From NCBI GenBank assembly GCA_964597575.1, contig CAZQXB010000001.1, forward strand, positions 778,892-842,891: a stretch of 64,000 bases of DNA. Direction: 5' to 3'. The position numbers were made by a program, and so were the translations under genes. Source of the stretch: an uncultured Gammaproteobacteria bacterium. Lineage in GTDB: Bacteria; Patescibacteriota; Patescibacteriia; Magasanikbacterales; UBA922. How positions within the stretch are numbered: the stretch's first letter is position 1; each line of letters begins with the position of its first letter. The notes beneath the pieces were generated by a model, which ran no database searches, was not told the origin of the DNA, and was given only the letters and a program-made list of their open reading frames with translations. This document shows, one piece after another, positions 57,202-64,000 of this stretch.

Positions 57202-58350
57202 ATGCGTATTGCCATGATCGGACAAAAGGGCATTCCAGCCACCTCAGGGGGTGTCGAGCGTCATGTGAATGATCTCGCTGTTTCCCTGAGTAAAGAAGGG
57301 CACGCCGTTGTGGTGTATGCTCGTCCTTGGTATACGCAATCAACTCCAGACACGGTTGACGGTGTTAGCATGGTGTATATCGGATCTCTTCACACCAAAC
57401 ACCTCGACACTATTACCTATACTTTTTTGGCTACGCTTCACGCCATGCGTCGCCGCCCCGATATTATTCATTATCACGGCGTAGGACCTGCACTTCTTTC
57501 GTGGATTCCTAAAATTTTTGCCCGAAAGACTACGATTGTCACGACATTTCATTCCATCGACCGCAAACATCAAAAATGGGGTGTATTTGCTCGCATGATG
57601 CTTCGCTTAGGTGAATGGGCAACCTGCCAGTTTGCTGATCGTGTTATTTCGGTTTCCCCAACCATTCAGCAATATGCTCGGGATGTATACGACCGCGAAA
57701 CGGTGTATATTCCAAATGCCGTTCCAGAACGACACGACACTCCAAGCACTGAACCTCTCCAAAAATTTGGGATTACTTCAGGATCGTATCTTCTTATGGT
57801 TTCTCGCCTTATTCCTCATAAAGGCGCTCATTACTTGGTGCAAGCGTACCAAGAGTTAGAAAAAACCCGTCCCGATCTGGTAAAGAATATCCCCCTCGTT
57901 ATTACAGGAGACGGATACTACACCGAATCGTATACAAAAAAACTTGATACCTTGATCAATAAAAACAAACACATTATTCGAACCGGAGCAGCTGCAGGCG
58001 AAACACTTTCAGCACTGTATGCACACGCAAAACTTGTTGTTCACCCATCGGATAACGAAGGTTTACCGCTTGTCGTTCTTGAAGCCATGAGTTATGGCAA
58101 ACCGATTTTGGTTTCAAATATCACGGAACATGCGTACCTTATTCCGAATCATGAATTTCAATTTGACCAAGGAAGTGTTTCCTCGCTTACCCACAAGCTC
58201 ATCACCTTGCTTGAAGCATCGAAAGAAGTTCTTGATCGCGCGGGGCAAGACAATAAAAAACATATGGAACTTGAATTCACCCTAGAGCGTATGGTTCGAC
58301 GAACAGCACACCTCTACGAACAGGCAGTCAACTCGAAGAGAAAAAAATAA
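57202..58350 (+). CDS. Glycosyltransferase family 4
   Basis: 382 aa. The N-terminus is MRIAMIGQKGIPATSGGVERHV. The C-terminal GT-B domain reads NEGLPLVVLEAMSYGKPILVSN. Confidence 0.85.
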   Translation: MRIAMIGQKGIPATSGGVERHVNDLAVSLSKEGHAVVVYARPWYTQSTPDTVDGVSMVYIGSLHTKHLDTITYTFLATLHAMRRRPDIIHYHGVGPALLSWIPKIFARKTTIVTTFHSIDRKHQKWGVFARMMLRLGEWATCQFADRVISVSPTIQQYARDVYDRETVYIPNAVPERHDTPSTEPLQKFGITSGSYLLMVSRLIPHKGAHYLVQAYQELEKTRPDLVKNIPLVITGDGYYTESYTKKLDTLINKNKHIIRTGAAAGETLSALYAHAKLVVHPSDNEGLPLVVLEAMSYGKPILVSNITEHAYLIPNHEFQFDQGSVSSLTHKLITLLEASKEVLDRAGQDNKKHMELEFTLERMVRRTAHLYEQAVNSKRKK

Positions 58351-58361
58351 AATAACACCAC

Positions 58362-58397
58362 AAAACCCTCGACACTGTGCCGAGGGTTTTGTTTTTT
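58362..58397. terminator. Bidirectional rho-independent terminator
   Basis: aaaaccctcg-acactgtgc-cgagggtttt followed by gtttttt. A-rich sequence on the 5' side serves the convergent minus-strand gene. Confidence 0.7.
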
Positions 58398-58403
58398 CCT
58401 GAA

Positions 58404-60404
58404 CTATACGCCGGTATCTCGTGTCAAAAGAATAATATCATCGACCCCGTCAAAATTGACGTCAGCCGTATCGATAAGGAGCGTACTTGGCCGTTTCGTG
58501 ATAGGGGTAGAATCAGGAAGCACTCGCACACCCAAAGCTGAAAAAATTCCAAGCGTTGCTTTACTTGCATTTAAACCGCCAACAACAATTTCGCTTGCCC
58601 CACCTGGCACAACATTCCCAACGGCCACAGCCAGGCCTCCGGTCGTTTGCGGTCCAAATGGTACCCATTCTCGAAGTCGTGTGGCCGCTGCAGAATAAAT
58701 CCCCACCGTCCCCGCCCTTCCGCCGCCACTCCCAACCACAATCTCAGGCCCTGATCCATCGGATACATCACCTGCGCCGACCGTCATCCCTCCCGACCAT
58801 TTTGGCCCAAAAGGAAAAACATCGGTAGCTAAAACATCGCCATACAGACTATATATTTTGAGCGGCGCTACGACTCCAGCTCCGGGCACTATGACTATTT
58901 CTTTTTTTCCATCGTCCTCGGCATCAAACACAGCAAAACGAAGTTCTGCTTTGAAATTAGCTGTATACGGAAACACCTCAGCGATACGTTTCCCCTCATG
59001 ATTCAAAACCGTGAGCCGGGCCCCGTTCGCAATCACGATATCTCGCTCGCCATCACCATTCATATCCGTTCGAATCGTCGTAACTCCTGGCGGGATACTA
59101 CTATCGAATGTAAAAAAACCGTTCCGAACACGCTCGCCTTTTCCGTTTACAAAACGCGCAAACCAGCCATTCGGGTACACCAATTCTTCAAGTGTTTTGA
59201 GCGGCTTTAGTAACACGACTCCGTCGGTTGGGCCAACCGTAACCTCTTCAACAATCGCGCCACTATTCACAGCCCGATCCTGAACTCCAGTTATTTTTTC
59301 ATACTCTGAAAGAAGTGGCACGTGTACACTTTTTTCGCCCCCATTCACAATAGCTCGACCGCGCGCAAACTCACGCTGCCACACAGAATCCTCTGCCCCA
59401 ACCGGTGCGGCTTCTCCAACCGGAACACCCAAATCAATATCGTACTCGTCGTACCACCACAGCTGTCCGTGATTTTTGTCTCCAAAATCAAACGAAAAAT
59501 AATGATCGCTTAAAAGCGCACTCGTAAACCCAAGCCGCATAGCCGGATAATTCATCTGATTCCCGGTATTTCCGGAATTGCTATTCATAATATTCACGCG
59601 CGGGGGCAGCCGCAGCCGTGCATTCGCCCCTGCTTTCGCAAATAACTCGGCAAACCGCTTTTTATCATAATTCTCAAGAAGCATGCCGTTTAATTCTTTG
59701 GTATATGCTGGCGTGTCATTATTTCCGACAAGCACAATCGGATTTTTCGCCAGTGCCCGCGTCTGAGCAAACAAGCTAACCATACCCGCATGCCACCGCA
59801 CATCTGGCGCCCGATCTTCAGCCCCGTCATGATCAAGATCAAGCGGACCTGGGGCAAAATAGGAAATATTATCCCAGGCATTGTCGTAAAAAATACCGTT
59901 CCACAAACCGGTCGAAAGTACTTCGCGGGTCATGAAGTCGGCTAAATACTCGGTCCAGGTTTTTCCACCCACCCGAGGGCATTCTGGCGTTACATTCAGA
60001 AGTGTTGTACCTGGCCAAAATGATTTTTTCGCTCCATCGGGCGCTGTCACATACCACCGCGGATCAATGCCTTGAAACAGGCGGTACCGCATAGGAAAAA
60101 GCTGTTTCAGTCCAGAAAAATCGTAAAATGTTTCCTGGCTTGCGACATAGGCGAGCAAAATAATATCGGGATTTCGGCGACGAAGTTCACGGAGCTCTCC
60201 TGGGTAAAGCACTTGAAAATCCATGGGCAAAATAAGCAGATCCCATTTTGCAAGTGAGACCACATCACTTTGGGTCATTTTGGTTGCCAAAAACATGTTC
60301 GCAAGTTTTGGCGCTGCTGTTGAAACTTTTGTACTCGGCACCTCAGCCAAAAGAATCCTCGGAAAAAAGAGGAGGAACGCAAGCATCACCAGACGATACT
60401 TCAT
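58404..60404 (-). CDS. Secreted protein: N-terminal glycosyl-hydrolase-like (GHL) domain plus C-terminal FG-GAP/VCBS repeat beta-propeller-like region
   Basis: 666 aa with a signal peptide (MKYRLVMLAFLLFFPRILLA). The C-terminus carries at least 5 repeats of the Dx[DN]GDGxxD...EIVVG type. Confidence 0.65.
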   Translation of the reverse strand: MKYRLVMLAFLLFFPRILLAEVPSTKVSTAAPKLANMFLATKMTQSDVVSLAKWDLLILPMDFQVLYPGELRELRRRNPDIILLAYVASQETFYDFSGLKQLFPMRYRLFQGIDPRWYVTAPDGAKKSFWPGTTLLNVTPECPRVGGKTWTEYLADFMTREVLSTGLWNGIFYDNAWDNISYFAPGPLDLDHDGAEDRAPDVRWHAGMVSLFAQTRALAKNPIVLVGNNDTPAYTKELNGMLLENYDKKRFAELFAKAGANARLRLPPRVNIMNSNSGNTGNQMNYPAMRLGFTSALLSDHYFSFDFGDKNHGQLWWYDEYDIDLGVPVGEAAPVGAEDSVWQREFARGRAIVNGGEKSVHVPLLSEYEKITGVQDRAVNSGAIVEEVTVGPTDGVVLLKPLKTLEELVYPNGWFARFVNGKGERVRNGFFTFDSSIPPGVTTIRTDMNGDGERDIVIANGARLTVLNHEGKRIAEVFPYTANFKAELRFAVFDAEDDGKKEIVIVPGAGVVAPLKIYSLYGDVLATDVFPFGPKWSGGMTVGAGDVSDGSGPEIVVGSGGGRAGTVGIYSAAATRLREWVPFGPQTTGGLAVAVGNVVPGGASEIVVGGLNASKATLGIFSALGVRVLPDSTPITKRPSTLLIDTADVNFDGVDDIILLTRDTGV

Positions 60405-61630
60405 ACAAGATTCTGATATACCTCCTCGATTTTTATTCCGTGCGCGACCGGGTCATTTTCTCGCATTACTTCTTCTCGATTCGCGGCACCTATTTTTTCT
60501 CTTTCTTCTCGCTTCGCATTAAACCAATAGCGAATCGTTTCTGCAAGCACTGTCGCATTTCCCGCAGGCGCTGCCATATGGGCCGGAATCATTTCAGGAA
60601 TTCCTCCAATCGCACTTCCGATAACCACCTTCCCCATCGCCTTCGCCTCAAGGATGGCTAAGGGATAATTTTCATACCACACCGACGGCACCACAACGAA
60701 CCTGGCTGATCCAATCACTCGATATAACTCGAGCCCCGACAAAAAACCAGCAAAGGTTACATTGCGGATATGCAAATCTTCTGCGCGCTTTTCAAGTGCT
60801 TGCCGCATGGGCCCATCACCACAAATCACATACGGAATTTCTGGTGTCGCACTCGCAGCGGCAAATAATGTTTCAAGCCCCTTCTCTTCCGAGAGTCGGC
60901 CAGAGTAGACCACGGTTCCATTGTCTTCTGTTGTCATATCAGGAAACCCGTGAGCATCCACAGGATGCGGAATGTGCACCAATTTTTCTGGATTCCACCC
61001 CATACGACGGAACAATTCATACGAAAAAAGGGAGGGACAAATCAGTACATCAATATTTTTTTCGTATACGCGCAACATTTTGTGATGCAGAATCATTTCT
61101 GCCACACAAATCGCACTATACAGCCGACTATTTTTAATACTTTTATTCAAAATGGCGCGTACATACCACCCCATCATTTCTTCTTCATGAATCTGACCAT
61201 GATGAAACAGCGTGTAATTTGGAGAAAGCAAAGCATAATCATGGACCGTCATGACAACCGGAATTTTTTTGTCGGCCAAAACCGGCAGAATGGACGGAGA
61301 AATGTGGTGATAAATATTGTGGAGGTGCGCCACATGCACCGACTGATCTTGAAGAAGTCGCTTCATTTCTTTGGCTGCTTCTTTCGACCACAGCATTGTT
61401 TTCACTCCGTGCACTTTTTCTGAAAAACGCATCTTTTCTGGCTCGTGAATATCAATCGACGGAATAAAATACGACTCAAAAGGAGTGGGTAAATTTTGCG
61501 GATGCTTTGTCGAAAACGGAATTACGACATGATTCTGTTTACCGAGAATGGACGACAAATCCAGCATGTATTTCGATGCGCCATCCCGTGGCCAAAAATA
61601 CTTGTGGACCTGCAAAATATTCATACGCAC
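60401..61630 (-). CDS. Glycosyltransferase family 4
   Basis: 409 aa with a GT-B fold. The C-terminal block is ENYPLAILEAKAMGKVVIGSAIGG. Confidence 0.8.
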   Translation of the reverse strand: MRMNILQVHKYFWPRDGASKYMLDLSSILGKQNHVVIPFSTKHPQNLPTPFESYFIPSIDIHEPEKMRFSEKVHGVKTMLWSKEAAKEMKRLLQDQSVHVAHLHNIYHHISPSILPVLADKKIPVVMTVHDYALLSPNYTLFHHGQIHEEEMMGWYVRAILNKSIKNSRLYSAICVAEMILHHKMLRVYEKNIDVLICPSLFSYELFRRMGWNPEKLVHIPHPVDAHGFPDMTTEDNGTVVYSGRLSEEKGLETLFAAASATPEIPYVICGDGPMRQALEKRAEDLHIRNVTFAGFLSGLELYRVIGSARFVVVPSVWYENYPLAILEAKAMGKVVIGSAIGGIPEMIPAHMAAPAGNATVLAETIRYWFNAKREEREKIGAANREEVMRENDPVAHGIKIEEVYQNLV

Positions 61631-61631
61631 T

Positions 61632-62711
61632 CTAGCGTTTTACGATATTTCGATACACCGATTCGTACGCTGCGACCATTCGGGCACGCGCAAAATGCTG
61701 TTTCGCATACACCCGCGCTGCCTCGGCTACCCGCACCGCTTCCTCAGGGTGCATAAGGATATTTCGAAGAGCATTTCGGAGCGCCTCGGAATCGTTTGGT
61801 GGAACAAGGAAACCGGTTTTATTATGCTGAATCAGTTCTGGCAAACCCCCAACCCGAGAAGCAAGAATGGGGCGGGCTGCGGCCATCGTTTCCATAGCCA
61901 CGATACCAAGACCCTCCCAAAGTGAGGGCATAAGAATAATATCATGTTTTTGAAGTGTCCCAGGCACGTCTGAAGTTGCAGGGGCAAACGAAACGCGATC
62001 ATTTAAATCGAGCTGCTCCACGAGCACACGAAGTTCGTCGTGCATTTCTCCGTCTCCAACAATCGACAAGTGCCATGGAATATCGGTCATTTTCGACAAG
62101 GCACGGAGTGCTACTGGTATTCCTTTTTGCGGCACTAATCGCCCAATCATAAGGAGCTTTGGCGTGGAAGAAAATACTGGCAGGGGTACCGACATGAACC
62201 GATCGAGGTCAATGCCGTACCGAATAACACATGAACCCGCGGCTTTATTCTTGTATGTTTTCATGGCAAACACATTGACCGCTTCAGAACATGCTACATA
62301 CGCGCGCGACAAGGGCGAGAGCACTCGTTTGACGAATAAACGAAGTCGGCCGACATCGGCGTCAATATTATGCTCTGTTGTTACGACTGGAATTCCAAGT
62401 GATCTCGCAGCGAGCCTGCCCCACACATCGCCCCCGAACAAATGCGTATGCACCAAATCTGGCTTCATATTTTGAAGCGCCGCACGAAGCGCAAAAAATA
62501 GCCCAACACTCACTTTCCCCCGCTTTGGCACTAATCGCACGTTCGCGCCCCCCGGCAAAATTTCTTTCACCATCGGCACGGCATCTTTTAAAACAATAAT
62601 ACTATACCGAAAATGATGATGATCTCCCCCATTCACAATATCAACCACGCAGCGTTCAGCCCCGCCGTAATTTAAGGTCGGAATAATATGAACAACATGC
62701 AACGGTTTCAT
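61632..62711 (-). CDS. Glycosyltransferase family 4
   Basis: The preferred start at 62711 (MKPLHVVHIIPTLNYGGAE) abuts the upstream stop at 62716. The ORF extends to 62768. EGLGIVAMETMAAARPILASRVGG is present. Confidence 0.8.
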   Translation of the reverse strand: MKPLHVVHIIPTLNYGGAERCVVDIVNGGDHHHFRYSIIVLKDAVPMVKEILPGGANVRLVPKRGKVSVGLFFALRAALQNMKPDLVHTHLFGGDVWGRLAARSLGIPVVTTEHNIDADVGRLRLFVKRVLSPLSRAYVACSEAVNVFAMKTYKNKAAGSCVIRYGIDLDRFMSVPLPVFSSTPKLLMIGRLVPQKGIPVALRALSKMTDIPWHLSIVGDGEMHDELRVLVEQLDLNDRVSFAPATSDVPGTLQKHDIILMPSLWEGLGIVAMETMAAARPILASRVGGLPELIQHNKTGFLVPPNDSEALRNALRNILMHPEEAVRVAEAARVYAKQHFARARMVAAYESVYRNIVKR

Positions 62712-62715
62712 ATGG

Positions 62716-63996
62716 TTAATTCTGTGGTGCAGGGCGAAGCACATGCACACCGGCAATAGCCACCCCAAACGGTAGCCACATCACACTTTGAAAGTACGAT
62801 GTATTAAAAAGTTCAAACACCATAATACCGGTCACCATTAAAAGAAGGGCTATCGCCATTGGCCGGTCGCCTTCATGGGAATATCGTACCTGCCTCCACA
62901 CGGTCATAAATACGTAAAGCAAAAATCCTAAAAAGAAAAGAACACCAAGGCCACCTTCTTCAAGAAGAACCTTTTGCAAAAATCCATGCGCATCAAGAGG
63001 CTCCCCAAAATCAATCGTATAGGCATTCGTTTCACCAAGTAACTTCTGATAGGTCCCAGGCCCATACCCAAGCCACGGCTCCCTTAGCGCATAAAACCAC
63101 GTGGCCTCACTTGCTGCCACCCGGGCAGACGTAGAACTGGCCACAATTGAGGTCGTTAAAAAGTACCCCATGTATAAAAGGATTGGCAGAAACACCACTA
63201 AAAACGGAAGAATACTTTTCGACCATTCTACAAATTTTGCTTTTACTCCTTGTCGCGACAAAAAGAGCACTGCGACCATGGCCTGTGTAAGCATCGCGAG
63301 CCACGCTGCGCGCGACAGTGTGAGAAGTGCAGCGAGCCCAATGATGCCTGCCCCAAGCAAGTACCACGTGCGTTCACGTTTTTTTCCCTCCATCGCTAAA
63401 GCCACAACAAGAGGAAGAAGCACAACCAAAGGTTCTGCTAATAAATTATGGTTGTAGCCAAGTGGCGCAATACCAAAAATGTTATATGGCACCAACCGAA
63501 CTACCGCCCCCTGAGACACTGCCACAAGTGATGAAAGTCCAAACAGGGCAATACCAATAGCAAGAAAGGCCCACAGTTTTACTGCGCGATAAAATATTTC
63601 TCGATCACGAATCACGATGAGCGGAAACCACAAAAATGCGACATACGCAAAAGCCATCACGCGAAACCAGTATTTGAACGATGAGCCTGTAATGCCATCG
63701 TATACCATGAAGGCCGACACGAGAGCCAAGAGAAGAAATAGACCATAATACCGAAAGCCCCACAATTTTTGCACTAAGAGATGTGTTGAGGCGCCGGGCA
63801 TGCGCAGAAACCAAGCTACTGCGAGTGCAAGTAAACACCCTACGGCTAAAAATTCTACGAGTGGAGCATTCAGCCCGGGAATAATGGGCAGTGTTTTCGC
63901 CCATGCAAAACGGCTGAAATCAATTTGCCACCCCAGAAAAAAACCAAAAAATAAAATTACATACAAACCAATCTCCAAATGACGTGACAAAATCAC
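62716..63996 (-). CDS. O-antigen ligase / Wzy-like polytopic membrane protein
   Basis: 426 aa with about 11 TM helices and the Wzy_C-like loop LTLSRAAWLAM. The start lies close to the window edge. Confidence 0.65.
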   Translation of the reverse strand: MILSRHLEIGLYVILFFGFFLGWQIDFSRFAWAKTLPIIPGLNAPLVEFLAVGCLLALAVAWFLRMPGASTHLLVQKLWGFRYYGLFLLLALVSAFMVYDGITGSSFKYWFRVMAFAYVAFLWFPLIVIRDREIFYRAVKLWAFLAIGIALFGLSSLVAVSQGAVVRLVPYNIFGIAPLGYNHNLLAEPLVVLLPLVVALAMEGKKRERTWYLLGAGIIGLAALLTLSRAAWLAMLTQAMVAVLFLSRQGVKAKFVEWSKSILPFLVVFLPILLYMGYFLTTSIVASSTSARVAASEATWFYALREPWLGYGPGTYQKLLGETNAYTIDFGEPLDAHGFLQKVLLEEGGLGVLFFLGFLLYVFMTVWRQVRYSHEGDRPMAIALLLMVTGIMVFELFNTSYFQSVMWLPFGVAIAGVHVLRPAPQN

Positions 63997-64000
63997 AACC

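Noticed and set aside
1-64000. Search for CRISPR arrays, integrases, transposases and prophage genes
   Set aside because: No regularly spaced direct repeats, no recombinase-like ORFs and no phage structural genes were found. The GC-rich patch has no mobility genes at its borders.

Overview
Most of this window is a dense glycan biosynthesis and glycosylation locus, with about 60 CDS and one tRNA. The 5' end carries tRNA-Met(CAU), a PBP2/FtsI-type transpeptidase, pilT, GtrA and a first glycosyltransferase (GT)/UDP-xylose block, followed by a secreted S8 protease and repeat protein. A visibly GC-rich patch at about 12.5-14.0 kb holds two plus-strand lipoprotein genes behind AT-rich, host-like consensus promoters. 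From 14,080 to 48,532 about 33 minus-strand genes are packed with overlaps or single-digit gaps into an apparent giant operon of roughly 34 kb. It encodes many GT2 and GT4 enzymes, UDP-glucose dehydrogenase with two UDP-glucuronate decarboxylases (a UDP-xylose route), AsnB, three methyltransferases, a radical SAM enzyme, a Wzx flippase, several GT-C-like polytopic membrane proteins and an O-antigen-ligase/TPR protein. Upstream on the same strand is an ECF sigma / DUF5667 anti-sigma pair, then a 260-nt leader and a monocistronic 1262-aa repeat-rich surface protein with its own terminator. The 3' end has an HTH gene flanked by TGTACA-core palindromes, a large hypothetical protein, more GT4 genes, a glycosyl-hydrolase-like/FG-GAP secreted protein and a second O-antigen-ligase-like gene. 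Gene content resembles an uncultivated, CPR/Patescibacteria-like lineage, but that is inference. There is no CRISPR array, integrase or transposase.
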